This document shows positions 17,730 through 28,821 of a stretch of DNA of 64,000 nucleotides, piece by piece. Source of the DNA: an uncultured bacterium (GTDB lineage: Bacteria; Krumholzibacteriota; Krumholzibacteriia; Krumholzibacteriales; Krumholzibacteriaceae); NCBI GenBank assembly GCA_965371515.1, contig CBDUYR010000008.1:1-64000 (forward strand). Reading direction: 5' to 3'. How positions within the stretch are numbered: position 1 is the stretch's first letter; each line of letters begins with the position of its first letter. Under the pieces are notes generated by a model, which did not search any database, had not been told where the DNA came from, and worked only from the letters and a program-made list of their open reading frames with translations. The position numbers were made by a program, and so were the translations under genes.

Positions 17730-20700
17730 AGAAACTTCCGATACTGCTTTTGATCGCCATGCTCGTTCCGGCCGCCGCCGGGGCGGGACAGTGGCGTATC
17801 GTTTCAGAGAATGACACTGGAATAACCGTCGAGTTCACCACCGGCCGTTACGCTGTTTCGAGGGCCGGAGGGGAAGATGGCGCAGGCGCGATCGTCCGGA
17901 TATCCGGATTCACGCAGGAGAGGATACCGGGCATGCCCGTGCTGCCCGTCAAAAGATTTCTGATTGAAGTGCCGGCTGATCGAAGAATCAGGCTTCAGGT
18001 GCTGGACAGCCGGATCGTATCGATAGAAGATGTTGTACCTGAAGTCTGGTCCGTCGACGGCGATCCCGCCGTAGGCGCCAGGAGACCGGCCGAGGAGAAC
18101 GTCCCTGCAGCTGCGAGGGATTTCGCCATGCTCGCGTCGGTGGAGATACAGAGGAAGAGAAGGCTGGCGCTCGTCGACATATATCCAGTTCTCACCGATC
18201 AGGAGAACGGGCGCCTGCTCCACGCCGAGAGGATAGTCGTCAGGCTCTCCTGGGCTCCAGCGCGGCCGGCTTCGGGCAAGCGTCCCGCGCCGAGGCCCGA
18301 GGACCGCTACGTCATCGGGGCGGGCAGGTGGACCGTCGTCGAGGACAGGCCGGCGCTCGAGGCCCCCGGTCAGAGGACCCCTTTCGAGTTCGCTCTCTCC
18401 GACAAGTGGCTGAAGCTGACGATGGAGGACACGGGACTTTACAGGATCTCGTATGAGGACATGACCAGAGCCGGTGTCAATCCGCAGGACATCGATCCGG
18501 CGACCGTCCGCATATTCACCGCCGGCCCGCTGCAGCAGCCCGACAGCACGAGACAGGGTGGGAGTTTCGAGGAGGAGTACCATCTCTCCGAGGTCGATCT
18601 TCACTATTCGGGAGCCAATGCGGGCTCGATGATGCCCGGCGAGTATTTCATCTTCTACGGTCTCGGGATACGCGGATGGACCGACTATCTCGATCCTTCG
18701 GCCGAGGAGATCCACTTCTACAAGCACAAGTACTGTGATAACAGCGTATACTGGATGAGCTGGAGCGGTTCGTTCGAAGGACAGCCTGCAAGGGTGCAGA
18801 GCAGGGATGTCTCTCCGACCGGCTCGCCCGACCTCGAGGTCACGACATGCAGTCACCGTATGCACGTCGAGCGGGACGGGCTCTACGATCCGATACACAC
18901 CGACGATTTCTGGTACTGGAGGCGCCTGAACGTGGGCACGACGGTATTCAACGACGAATTCCAGTGCGCAGACGTCGCCGGCGGAGCCGGGATGGTCAGG
19001 ACTCTCGGCTACGGCCCATACATATCCAGCAACAATCTCAACGCCGCCGACTGTTACGTGAACTCCGAGTACGCGGGCCACATGAGCTGGATAGTCTATT
19101 CCGATTTCAGGCCGGACACTATCGAGGCGGCCGTGAGCTCGATCGTGGAAGGGGCGAACAACTTCAGGTTCACCAAGATCTCCGACGACGTGATGTACGT
19201 CCTATGGTACGAGATATTCTACGACAGGCATCTGAGGCCGATCGACGGGCGGCTCGATTTCCTGGCGCCGTCCGATACGCGCATTGCCGCTGTCACTATG
19301 AACGGATTCCCGTCGGCGGAGGAACTCTTCCTGTTCGACGTCACCGACCACACCGGTCCGGTACGGCTGACCGGATGGCAGAACGATCTGGGAGAGGTAG
19401 TCTTCGAGGACATGCTCGAAACGGTCCCGCTCCACTATCACGCTTCCGCCGCGTCGGCCCTGCGCACCCCGTCGATCGCGATCGAGAGCATGTCGCCGGG
19501 AGTGTTCCCCTCGCTGAGGGACGAGACTCCTCCCGACATGATCATAGTCTATCACCGCAATTTCCGGGACGCGGCGAACCGCCTGGCGGCTCATCGCAGG
19601 AACAACCTGCCTTATTCGAGCGATCCGGTCGTGAGGGCGGTCGATATCGAAGACATCTACAACAACTTCTCCGGAGGGATGAAGGATCCGCTGGCAGTCA
19701 GGAACTACCTGAAGTTCCTATACGACAATTTCAGCGTTGGCGGCTCGCCGGTGATCGATTACGCGCTGCTCATCGGAAACTGTACCTACGACGCGAGGGA
19801 TATACTAGGACGGTCGAACGATTTCGTGCCGGTCTTCATCAACGTGAAGTACGGGGGCCAGGGAATCGAAGACGACGATTTCCTCGTCAAGCTCGATACG
19901 GGCTTAGATTGGGCGATCGACGTTGCCATCGGCAGGATGCCCGTGCTCACGCGCAGGGCCGCCGACAACTGGGTCGATCGCGTGATAAGGTACGAATCGG
20001 AAATCGACATGGGGACCTGGAGAAACAGGGTGATCATCGTCGCTGACGACGAACACTCAACACACGGCGACAACGATTTCTATTTTACGGAAGATGCCGA
20101 ATGGATGACGGCCGACGACGGCCCGATCCCGAGATTTGTCGACTACAGCAAGATATACCTGACGCACTATCCGTTCGTCGGGGACCTCAAGCCCGACGCG
20201 ACCAGTGACCTGCTCGAGGATTGGTCGCGCGGCGCTCTCGTAGTCAGCTATGCGGGGCACGGATCGCCTCAGCAGCTCGCCGACGAGAGAGTGATGCAGA
20301 TGTCCGACCTGTATTCCCTGATGAACGGAACAAAGCAGCCCCTCTTTCTCGCTTTCTCCTGCACCGTAGGCGACCTGGAATCTCCATATCACAGGAGCAT
20401 GGGGCAGGAGATCACTGTCCTCGACAACGGCGGGGCCATAGCAGTGATCGCGGGAGTTGCTCCTACGTATCCGATCCCGAACAAGGAACTGAACTACATC
20501 TATTTCGACTATCTTTTCACGGGCGGGGACAGCACCGCGACTGAGCCGATCGGTACCGCCCTGATGATGGCCAAGACCGACAGCAGGACCTACATTACTA
20601 ATGCGAGGAACAACGCAAAATACGTCCTGCTCGGAGATCCAGCGCTCACGCTCACCCTTCCGGGGCACATGGTCGAGCATAATATCGCCGCCATAGACAC

Positions 20701-21697
20701 GATGGGAACGGGGGGCAGGTATACGCTGAGCGGCAACGTGACAGAGGGAGGAGAAATCCTCTCGACCTTCAACGGCACGGCGGAGATCGTGGTCCAGGAA
20801 TCGATGGAGATGGTAAGCAAGGAGTACATCGATTACAGGGATTCCTTGAGGATGCTCGAATACAGGCTCCCGGGCAAGGATCTGTTCAGAGGCTCGGTCG
20901 ACGTTACCGCCGGCAGATTCGATCTCGACTTCGTGATACCGGTAAGGTGCAGGACAGGATCGAGGGCGAGGGTCCGCTCGTATGTCAGCGAGGCGGGGGC
21001 CGACGGTGTCGGCGGCGCCGACACACTGGTAATCGTAACGTCAGGGACCGTTCCGCCGAACGAGGCACCTCCCGACATAGACCTCTACTTCTCCGGCCAG
21101 GCGACGAAAGTGAAGAGGGGGGCTGTCCTTGTAGCCGAGATATCGGACGACGACGGGATCGCCATCCTCGGCACCGAGCCGCAGAGCTCGATCTACTTCG
21201 AGTTCGATCGCAGCGGCTATCCGATATTTGTGACGCAATACTTCGAATATGAACATGGTTCCTCGACGACCGGGCGCGTCGAGTATCCTCTTCACTCCGG
21301 TTTCGAGCCCGGCGAGCACTCCGTGATAGTCAGGGCATTCGACAACCTCGGCGAATCGGCGACCGACACCCTCTTCTTTGAGGTCGTCGAGGAGGGCCTT
21401 TACACGGTGAGCGATGTATTCAACATGCCCAACCCGTTCACGGAATCGACGAATTTCGTGTTTCAGCTGAGCAGCAGGGCCGATGTATTCCTGCGCGTGT
21501 ATAACATCTCCGGCATCGAGATATGGAACGCCGAGCTGGCAGCTGAAGAGGGGTTCAACAGTATTTACTGGGAGGGACGGGATTTCATCGGTGACCGGAT
21601 CGCGAACGGTACGTATATCTACGTTCTCGAAGTATCCTTCAGGGATTCCTTCAACCGCAGCGAGACGGTGACCGGGAAGGCGGTACATCTCAGATAA
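17726..21697 (+). CDS. porU: PorU-like C25 (gingipain-family) sortase with propeptide and C-terminal FlgD-Ig/T9SS tail
   Basis: Start ATG 17726 after AGGAGG; signal peptide; G.P.LPV propeptide; IYNNFSGG..DP.A.RNYLK, IGRMP, YAGHGS (catalytic His), FSCTVG (catalytic Cys), LLGDPA; FNMPNPF...IANGTYIY tail. Confidence 0.88.
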   Translation: MKKLPILLLIAMLVPAAAGAGQWRIVSENDTGITVEFTTGRYAVSRAGGEDGAGAIVRISGFTQERIPGMPVLPVKRFLIEVPADRRIRLQVLDSRIVSIEDVVPEVWSVDGDPAVGARRPAEENVPAAARDFAMLASVEIQRKRRLALVDIYPVLTDQENGRLLHAERIVVRLSWAPARPASGKRPAPRPEDRYVIGAGRWTVVEDRPALEAPGQRTPFEFALSDKWLKLTMEDTGLYRISYEDMTRAGVNPQDIDPATVRIFTAGPLQQPDSTRQGGSFEEEYHLSEVDLHYSGANAGSMMPGEYFIFYGLGIRGWTDYLDPSAEEIHFYKHKYCDNSVYWMSWSGSFEGQPARVQSRDVSPTGSPDLEVTTCSHRMHVERDGLYDPIHTDDFWYWRRLNVGTTVFNDEFQCADVAGGAGMVRTLGYGPYISSNNLNAADCYVNSEYAGHMSWIVYSDFRPDTIEAAVSSIVEGANNFRFTKISDDVMYVLWYEIFYDRHLRPIDGRLDFLAPSDTRIAAVTMNGFPSAEELFLFDVTDHTGPVRLTGWQNDLGEVVFEDMLETVPLHYHASAASALRTPSIAIESMSPGVFPSLRDETPPDMIIVYHRNFRDAANRLAAHRRNNLPYSSDPVVRAVDIEDIYNNFSGGMKDPLAVRNYLKFLYDNFSVGGSPVIDYALLIGNCTYDARDILGRSNDFVPVFINVKYGGQGIEDDDFLVKLDTGLDWAIDVAIGRMPVLTRRAADNWVDRVIRYESEIDMGTWRNRVIIVADDEHSTHGDNDFYFTEDAEWMTADDGPIPRFVDYSKIYLTHYPFVGDLKPDATSDLLEDWSRGALVVSYAGHGSPQQLADERVMQMSDLYSLMNGTKQPLFLAFSCTVGDLESPYHRSMGQEITVLDNGGAIAVIAGVAPTYPIPNKELNYIYFDYLFTGGDSTATEPIGTALMMAKTDSRTYITNARNNAKYVLLGDPALTLTLPGHMVEHNIAAIDTMGTGGRYTLSGNVTEGGEILSTFNGTAEIVVQESMEMVSKEYIDYRDSLRMLEYRLPGKDLFRGSVDVTAGRFDLDFVIPVRCRTGSRARVRSYVSEAGADGVGGADTLVIVTSGTVPPNEAPPDIDLYFSGQATKVKRGAVLVAEISDDDGIAILGTEPQSSIYFEFDRSGYPIFVTQYFEYEHGSSTTGRVEYPLHSGFEPGEHSVIVRAFDNLGESATDTLFFEVVEEGLYTVSDVFNMPNPFTESTNFVFQLSSRADVFLRVYNISGIEIWNAELAAEEGFNSIYWEGRDFIGDRIANGTYIYVLEVSFRDSFNRSETVTGKAVHLR

Positions 21698-21822
21698 CCG
21701 TTTGTCAGAAAAATGCTTATCACTGCGGGGAAGCATTTCCCGATAGAGGCAAAATGCTTGACCCGGAAGTTTTCAGATACTTAATTTACTTATAGAAGAC
21801 CAACAAAAAGGAGAACCGGAAT

Positions 21823-22818
21823 ATGGCAAGAACGAGAAAGCTGATCATAATCTCATTGTTCATCATCGCAGCCGCATCTTCAGCGGCGTTCGCACAGGGA
21901 GAATCAGGAGCGGGCAGCCTCATAATCCCTCCTGGGGCGAGAGCCAACGGGATGGGCCAGAGTTTCGGGGCGATCGCCGATGACGCGACCGCTATGTGGT
22001 GGAACCCCGCCGGGATGGCGTTCATCGACCATCACGCCATTGACCTGATGCATTCGCAGCTCGTCCCCGATCTTGCCTCAGACGTCTTTTTTGAATATAT
22101 AGGCGGTATTTACAAGATAGAGGGCTTAGGAACGATCGGATTCGCAATACAGTACCTGACGTACGGCGAGTATACCGTGACCGGTACTACCCCCGAGGAG
22201 CTGGGAACCGCGTCGGCGTGGGAGATCTCCCCGATGATCGGCGGTGCGGTGAAACTGGGCGACCAGATCTCTCTCGGAATGAATCTGAAGTTCGTATACA
22301 TAAGCCTCGCGCCGGCATGGGCCACGATTGAGGGCACTTCGGGAACGGGAAGCTCCGTCGCCGTCGATTTCGGCGCATTGTGGAAGATCCCCGATTTCGG
22401 CGTGAGCAGCGCCCGGATCAGGAGGCTGAACCTCGGCCTCGCCGTCTCGAACCTCGGACCGTCGATCACATACATAAACAGAGACCAGGCGGCTCCCCTG
22501 CCGAGAAATCTCAGGGGAAGCGTAGCATGGGCTCCGGTATGGAGTGAAGTGAGCAAGTGGTACATCACGGGAGAAGTCAACAGGCCGATGGTCGACTTCG
22601 ATCGCTCCAACACGTACCATTTCGGGACAGAATTCATTTACTCGAACCTGATCGCCTTGCGTCTAGGGTATGTCTACGACAAGGATGGAAATGTCGAATC
22701 AGTGACCTACGGTCTCGGATTCGTATTCAATGACAAGGTAAGGATAGATTGGGCCAGCGTTCCGCAGGACAAGGACCTCGCGAGGGTCCACCGCTGGTCT
22801 CTAGGCGTCAACTTCTGA
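21823..22818 (+). CDS. porV: PorV/PorQ-family outer-membrane shuttle barrel
   Basis: L.IPPGARANGMG....A.ADDATAMWWNPAG signature; NLGP.I.Y......PLP; LRLGY; C-terminal F. Confidence 0.85.
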   Translation: MARTRKLIIISLFIIAAASSAAFAQGESGAGSLIIPPGARANGMGQSFGAIADDATAMWWNPAGMAFIDHHAIDLMHSQLVPDLASDVFFEYIGGIYKIEGLGTIGFAIQYLTYGEYTVTGTTPEELGTASAWEISPMIGGAVKLGDQISLGMNLKFVYISLAPAWATIEGTSGTGSSVAVDFGALWKIPDFGVSSARIRRLNLGLAVSNLGPSITYINRDQAAPLPRNLRGSVAWAPVWSEVSKWYITGEVNRPMVDFDRSNTYHFGTEFIYSNLIALRLGYVYDKDGNVESVTYGLGFVFNDKVRIDWASVPQDKDLARVHRWSLGVNF

Positions 22819-22848
22819 TACCTCTGGGAAAGGCACTTCGTCCAACAG

Positions 22849-25800
22849 ATGGCTTACCGCATTCGCAAGCCTGCCGGTGTAATCATATTCTTTTTGCTCG
22901 CCGTCCTTCAGACGGGCGTGTTCGCAGCAGAAGGACGTCCCGTCCCTGTTCTCGAGAGACGGGCGGGGGGACTGTACTACACCGGACGCGAAGCTCCCAT
23001 ACCCGACGGAGCCATGACGGGAGCGAGGATATTCGGCTTCGACAGGCCCTCGTCAAGGGGACTGCGCAGAACGCTGGAGGCCTCCTCGAGAAGGATGCTC
23101 CAGGGTCCCGCTGCCCCGGCCGACACATGGAACGTCATCCTCGTGCGGATATCTTTCCAGTCTGACAAGTCGGGCAGCCTGACGAGCATAAGGACTGGAG
23201 GCGATTTCGACTTCGCCCCGGACGGAACATCTGTGATCGACCCGACTCCTCACAACAGATCCTATTTTGATTCACATATGGAAGCAATGGCCCGGTTTTT
23301 CGATTTCCAGTCGTGCGGCGCCGTCGAGATAACGTGTGATGTTCTTCCCGCCGGGGAGAACGGAAGTTACAAACTCACCGACCTGGCCGACTACGGTCCG
23401 GGAAAATCGGGACAGTGGACGACAGAGATGCTGGTGAAGTTCGTGCAGGACGCGGTAACCGCCTGCGACGACTCGCTTCAGTCGGACGGATACCCCGTCA
23501 GGCTGAGCGACTACGATGCGATAGTGCTGGCGCACGCCGGGGCAAATCTGCAGTCCGACGTGCTTGGCAACAGCCCCAACGACATCCCTTCGTTCTACGC
23601 GAGGCTCGGCGACGGCGACGAGATCGTGGTGGAGGGTGGGTACGTGGTCACCGAGCTCTCGGTAATACCCGAGACATCGATTCAGGACGGCTACAACGGC
23701 GGGATCGCCGCCGTCCTGGCGCACGAGTTCGGACACCAGCTCGGACTCCCCGATCTCTACGACATCTACACGAACTCTTCAGCAATAGGCGTATTCGACA
23801 ATATGGACAGCGGGGGACAGCTCGGTGCGATCCTCGTCGACGAGGATGGAGACCAGCATTACGCTGAAGGCTTCATACCCGGCGGGCTATGCGCCTGGTC
23901 GAAGTATTTCCTCGGGTGGATGGAAGCCGATACAATCGGCACCTTCGAGGATGCCCTGGCCCTCTCCGCCTCGGGGAAGTGCCCCTGCAGGGGCGTGAGG
24001 GTAGAGATGTCGGCAGATGAGTACTGGCTGATCGAGAACAGGGCGGCCGAGCTCGACGGACTTATCACCGGCTTCGTGACCGACGAGGTCACCGGCGTGA
24101 TACTCGGGCCGGGCAACTGCATGAACTGCGGGAGCGGGATACCCGATATCATCGACTGGGAATTTACCAATGGATACGACTACCTGCTTCCCACCGAATC
24201 ACCGTGGCCGGGACCGGACTGGGGACCGGGCCTTCTCGTGTGGCACGTCGACGAGTTCTTTATAGAGCGCAGGTGGGAGGCGAACGAAGTCAATTCGCGC
24301 TGGCCCTTCGGCGTCTCGCTCATCGAGGCGAACGGCGTCGTCGATCTCGGCGATCCCACATCGAGGTTCGGGCTGGGATGGTATGACGACGCGTTCTACG
24401 ACGGGAATGCCGTCGAGATGAACGATTCGACACTCCCGCCGGCCTGGAGCAACTGGCAGGTCCAGAGCGGCCTTCGTCTCGAGAACGTCTCGGGCAGGGA
24501 TACGCTCATGACATTCGGCGTTGGTTGCAGGGCGCGGGTCGAGACGAAGATGATCCCCGGGGGCGTTTCACCCTCAAGATTCGGGGTGCTTCCCCTCCCC
24601 GGACAGGATAACTCACTGATCATCGATGACACGGGGAAGGGCTGGATGCCCGGTAATCCGTCACCGGTGTTCGACATCGGCGGGCCTGCGCTGACACCTG
24701 CCGCCTTTATCTCCGGCTTCCCCGGATGCGGGGGCACGGTAGCCGACGCGGTAATGGTTGCCAGGAATGACGGGTCTCTTTGCGACATCCACATCTTCAA
24801 CATCGATGACTGGACCGAATGCGGCACCTGGCCCTCCATGGTCAATTCTCTGGTCACATTCCCTGTACCGGTGCACACTCCTGAGGGAATCTTTATCATA
24901 GCGGCCGGGGATGAAGGTTTTCTTATCATGCTGGGACCTGATGGAGATCAGCTTGTCAGCGAGATCCCTCCGCAGTCAGAAAATTACACAAGTGGCAACC
25001 TGGTCATAGAAAAGAACGGGAGCGGGGAAGCGACCGCCGTATACGCGCTCACCGTCCCATATAATCAAGACAGTGGCGGGATCCTCGAAAGATGCACGAT
25101 CACTTCAGGCGAACTTGTATATGACGGAACATTTGCCGTCGATGTTTCACTCTCGGCATCCAACCTCTCCGGAGATCTGTTTCTCGCCGGTGGGGATATC
25201 GTTCCGGAACTGCCCGGAACCGAGATATGGATAACAGCGGCTGCTACAGGAAGGATCCTTCTTTACGGCAGCAACGGCAGGATAAGCGACAGGAATACAG
25301 GACTGGCGATACCTTTCCCTCCGGCTCTGCAGGACATGAACGGCGACGGACGGCTCGACCTGGTCTATACGGACGGCGGAAAGATATACGTGATCGATCC
25401 ATCGGGAGCGAATATCACTGGGTGGCCGAGGGACATCAACAACGGCTTGTACCTGCTTCCTGTAGAGGTCAGGATCACTGTACCACTCGTTACCGCCTCC
25501 AATGCGGATGGGGCCTGGGTTCTGGCAGGGACAGACGCCGGCATTCTCTACATGTTCGATCACGCCGGCGATCTCGTGCCCGGATGGCCGAGGAAGGCAG
25601 CCGGTAGATTCATCGAACCGATCGACCTTACCACCGTTGCCGCTGATGGATACTATTCATGGATCGATCTCATATTCAATTCGGAAGAGAGCGGGTTCGG
25701 GGATTGGCGGCCTGAAAGCGGCAGGGCGAGATGGCACACGACACCATTCGGGGAGTTCGACATGCCGGGTTCGTGGACATCGGTATACGGCGGGGCCGAC

Positions 25801-26133
25801 AGGGATTCCTGGGTCCAGCCTTCGTCCGGATTCGTCGTCGAGCAGCCGCAATGGGCCGATCTCGAACAGAACCTGGTGATATACCCAAATCCCTCGAACG
25901 GCGTCAGGGTGGCCTTCCATTTCACCGCGCCTGACGATGGAGAGGCGAATCTCGACATATTCACACTCGAAGGGGAGAGGGTCCTCGAGAAATCGATGCA
26001 CCTGTCCGGGGGACAGGCTGAGTTCACCGTCGAGATGAGCGAACAGGCGTCGGGGGTCTATCTCTGCCGTATCGTCGTCAAGTCCGGCGGCACGACGGTG
26101 GAGACGACCAGGAAATTTGCTATTGTCAATTAG
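22849..26133 (+). CDS. M6 (immune inhibitor A-like) metalloprotease with FG-GAP-like region and T9SS type A sorting domain
   Basis: AHEFGHQLGLPDLYD, EYWLIENR, GLLVWHVDE; GWP repeats; IYPNPS...ASGVYLCRI...TRKFAIVN. Confidence 0.85.
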   Translation: MAYRIRKPAGVIIFFLLAVLQTGVFAAEGRPVPVLERRAGGLYYTGREAPIPDGAMTGARIFGFDRPSSRGLRRTLEASSRRMLQGPAAPADTWNVILVRISFQSDKSGSLTSIRTGGDFDFAPDGTSVIDPTPHNRSYFDSHMEAMARFFDFQSCGAVEITCDVLPAGENGSYKLTDLADYGPGKSGQWTTEMLVKFVQDAVTACDDSLQSDGYPVRLSDYDAIVLAHAGANLQSDVLGNSPNDIPSFYARLGDGDEIVVEGGYVVTELSVIPETSIQDGYNGGIAAVLAHEFGHQLGLPDLYDIYTNSSAIGVFDNMDSGGQLGAILVDEDGDQHYAEGFIPGGLCAWSKYFLGWMEADTIGTFEDALALSASGKCPCRGVRVEMSADEYWLIENRAAELDGLITGFVTDEVTGVILGPGNCMNCGSGIPDIIDWEFTNGYDYLLPTESPWPGPDWGPGLLVWHVDEFFIERRWEANEVNSRWPFGVSLIEANGVVDLGDPTSRFGLGWYDDAFYDGNAVEMNDSTLPPAWSNWQVQSGLRLENVSGRDTLMTFGVGCRARVETKMIPGGVSPSRFGVLPLPGQDNSLIIDDTGKGWMPGNPSPVFDIGGPALTPAAFISGFPGCGGTVADAVMVARNDGSLCDIHIFNIDDWTECGTWPSMVNSLVTFPVPVHTPEGIFIIAAGDEGFLIMLGPDGDQLVSEIPPQSENYTSGNLVIEKNGSGEATAVYALTVPYNQDSGGILERCTITSGELVYDGTFAVDVSLSASNLSGDLFLAGGDIVPELPGTEIWITAAATGRILLYGSNGRISDRNTGLAIPFPPALQDMNGDGRLDLVYTDGGKIYVIDPSGANITGWPRDINNGLYLLPVEVRITVPLVTASNADGAWVLAGTDAGILYMFDHAGDLVPGWPRKAAGRFIEPIDLTTVAADGYYSWIDLIFNSEESGFGDWRPESGRARWHTTPFGEFDMPGSWTSVYGGADRDSWVQPSSGFVVEQPQWADLEQNLVIYPNPSNGVRVAFHFTAPDDGEANLDIFTLEGERVLEKSMHLSGGQAEFTVEMSEQASGVYLCRIVVKSGGTTVETTRKFAIVN

Positions 26134-26149
26134 CAACCGGAGGATATCG

Positions 26150-27067
26150 ATGCGTTTTGTCGTCAGCTGCTTGCTTGCACTGCTCCTCGCAGGCCTCTCT
26201 ATAGAGACCTCAGCCGCTCCATCCGCGCATGCAGCCGCCGCAAAGGAGACCGGCGGCAGGACATTTGATCTCGAGGGTTACAGGCTGAACGAGACGCTGA
26301 GGTTCACCGGCAGGAAGCTCGAGACGCCGATTGTCACACGCGAGGAGCTCGAGGCGCAGAGGTCCGGTTTCCAGGAAACGGGCTCGGCAGTATCGGCGAG
26401 GCCGAAGAGAAACATCGCCGCGGCGATAATCGCCTCGGCTGTCCTTCCCGGAATGGGAGAGCTCTACGTGGCGACAGGTACGAAGAAGGTCTCCCACTAC
26501 ATCAGGGTCCCGGTCTTCCTCGCGCTCGACGTATACTTCTGGTACTCTTACCGGGATAACTACGACAAGGGCAAGGAAGTGAAGGCCGAATACGAGATGT
26601 TCGGCGACGAACACTGGAGCGAGGAGAGGTTCCTCCTGCAGCATCCGTACTGCGACGGGATCGGCGGCTGCGACAGCTGGGAGCAGTACAACGAGGATGC
26701 GAAGGGCGACTATTATTACTTTGTATACATACCGAAACATCTCGATCACGAGGAATATTACGAGAACATGGGCAAATACGATGCCTTCGCCTTCGGATGG
26801 GACGACTGGAACGGGGACTATAACGATGTCGAGGCGTGGACTCCGAACAGGACCACATACTGGGCGATGCGCACGGAGAGCGACGACTATCTTCTCAGGG
26901 GGGACCGATACGTGATGGCCCTGATCATCAACCGTGTCGTCTCTATGCTCGACGCCGGCTGGCTGGCTTACCGTTACAACAGGGGCGACTACGACGACGC
27001 CGGGTGGACGCTCGACCTCAGGCCGGGCATGGAATCTTCGTCGATCGGGTTGAGTTATCGTTTCTAG
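26150..27067 (+). CDS. Exported/membrane hypothetical protein (DUF5683-like), paralog A
   Basis: Signal peptide; SAVLPGMGELY motif; EYYENMGKY; NRVVSMLDA; C-terminal SYRF. Confidence 0.65.
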   Translation: MRFVVSCLLALLLAGLSIETSAAPSAHAAAAKETGGRTFDLEGYRLNETLRFTGRKLETPIVTREELEAQRSGFQETGSAVSARPKRNIAAAIIASAVLPGMGELYVATGTKKVSHYIRVPVFLALDVYFWYSYRDNYDKGKEVKAEYEMFGDEHWSEERFLLQHPYCDGIGGCDSWEQYNEDAKGDYYYFVYIPKHLDHEEYYENMGKYDAFAFGWDDWNGDYNDVEAWTPNRTTYWAMRTESDDYLLRGDRYVMALIINRVVSMLDAGWLAYRYNRGDYDDAGWTLDLRPGMESSSIGLSYRF

Positions 27068-27077
27068 GGGGAGGATC

Positions 27078-27869
27078 ATGAGAAAGCTGACAATATTCCT
27101 GCTCGTAATCGTGACAGCCTCCCATGGAGCGATGGCAGCGAAGCCGTTCTCGACCCGGCTTCCGTCGGACGCGCCCGCGGGCGGATACGCCTGGCACCTC
27201 GCGTCGGAGGGATTCGCGCAGGAAGATGCGGGAAGCATCGCGGTAGGCACCTATTCTCCCGCGAAGGAGGGCGGCCTGAGCCTCCTGCTCCCCGGCCTCG
27301 GCCAGTACCGCATGGGCAGGAAGACGAGGGCATACGTCTACTGGACTCTCGAAGCCGCCGGGTGGATAACCCTCGGGACGTCTCTCTGGAGGTCTAGCTC
27401 GAAAGAGAATGCGTACGAGGAGTACGCGGCGGCATACGCCGGAGTCAGCCAGGCGGGGACCGAAGAGAGCTATTACGAGAACGTGGGCAGATGGGTCAGC
27501 AGCGATGGTCCCGGCGGATACAACGAGTACGTCAGGCGCGAGGCCCGCGACCTGTACTACCCCGACCAGGCCGCGATGGACGCCTACTACCTCGAGAACT
27601 ACGTCTCGTCGGAGATGGCATGGCGGTGGACGTCGACCGACGCCCAGCACAATTTTAACATTCTCAGGGGCGAAAGCGAGGATGCCGGTCGCTACGCCCT
27701 CTACGCGGCCTTTTATCTCTTCGCGCTCAGGGTCGTCAGCTCCGTCGACGCGGTATATATCGCCCGGAAGACGACGAATGATGTCGATACCTCATCGAAC
27801 ATTCCCGTAAGATTCGAGGCGGGACCGAGGTCGGGCGGATTCTACTTTGCGGTCAACAGGTCGTTCTGA
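27078..27869 (+). CDS. Exported/membrane hypothetical protein (DUF5683-like), paralog B
   Basis: SLLLPGLGQY; YYENVGRW; RVVSSVDA; C-terminal RSF; motifs shared with the upstream gene. Confidence 0.65.
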   Translation: MRKLTIFLLVIVTASHGAMAAKPFSTRLPSDAPAGGYAWHLASEGFAQEDAGSIAVGTYSPAKEGGLSLLLPGLGQYRMGRKTRAYVYWTLEAAGWITLGTSLWRSSSKENAYEEYAAAYAGVSQAGTEESYYENVGRWVSSDGPGGYNEYVRREARDLYYPDQAAMDAYYLENYVSSEMAWRWTSTDAQHNFNILRGESEDAGRYALYAAFYLFALRVVSSVDAVYIARKTTNDVDTSSNIPVRFEAGPRSGGFYFAVNRSF

Positions 27870-27900
27870 CGATTCATCGGCTCTGCGAAACGGACGGCAG

Positions 27901-28821
27901 ATGAAAATTCCATCTATTCTCGCACGTATTCTGCTGTGCATGGCCGTCTTCCCTGCGGTTCTGCATGCGCAGGAGGATTCCACCTCGATCGTCACTGAAG
28001 ATGTTCTCCGGGCCGAACGGCTCGATATCGTCCTTGGCGCCGATGAACTGAGAGAACCTCTCGGGCTTGCCGTTGACGACAGGGGATTTGTCCTCGTCGC
28101 CGATGCGATGGCGGGAAAGATATACAGGTATTCGCAGGACGGCACATCTCTCGAGTTCGAGGTGCCCCATCTCGACGCGGGGTTCTACCCGATAGACGTG
28201 GCAGCGCACGGCACGTTCGTGTATGTCCTGGATTACGCGGGAAACAGGATATTGCGGTACGAATACAAGGGGGCCTGGCTCGACGTGCTCCTCGACTTCT
28301 CGCTCTTCGAGCGGATGAAACCCGCATCCCTCACGAGCAGCACTGGCGGGAGGCTGCTGACGACCGACCTCGAAAATCACGATATCACGATATGGTCGCC
28401 ACTTCTCGATGTGGAGATAAGGACGGGCGAGTACGGCTGGGCCGACGGAAGTTTCGAGAAACCGGTGAAGGCGGCCCTTTTCGGCGACGAGAGGATCGCG
28501 GTGGCCGAGTTCGGGAACTCGCGCGTACAGATCCTCGGTGGCGCGGGAGGCTTCGAGGGTTATGCAGTCCTCGCGGACGGCATGGAGATTAAATCCCCGC
28601 GCTATGTGTGCGGCGGGCTCGACGGCTATCTGTTCATCGCCGATCCGGGAGCGGGTCTCGTCTACGCTTTTACGCCCTCTCTCGATCATGTGCTGACGAT
28701 AGGCGGGGGAGAAGGGATCAGGCCCTCCGCTGTGGCGGCCTCGTGGGACTACCGCCTCTACGTCGCCGACCTGAATACGAGGTCGATTATCGTGTACCGC
28801 CTCGACTACCCCGGTAAATGA
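27901..28821 (+). CDS. Exported NHL-repeat beta-propeller protein
   Basis: Signal peptide; repeats EPLGLAVD..G.VLVAD, PIDVAA, GSFEKP...IAVAEFGNSRVQI, LYVAD. Confidence 0.8.
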   Translation: MKIPSILARILLCMAVFPAVLHAQEDSTSIVTEDVLRAERLDIVLGADELREPLGLAVDDRGFVLVADAMAGKIYRYSQDGTSLEFEVPHLDAGFYPIDVAAHGTFVYVLDYAGNRILRYEYKGAWLDVLLDFSLFERMKPASLTSSTGGRLLTTDLENHDITIWSPLLDVEIRTGEYGWADGSFEKPVKAALFGDERIAVAEFGNSRVQILGGAGGFEGYAVLADGMEIKSPRYVCGGLDGYLFIADPGAGLVYAFTPSLDHVLTIGGGEGIRPSAVAASWDYRLYVADLNTRSIIVYRLDYPGK

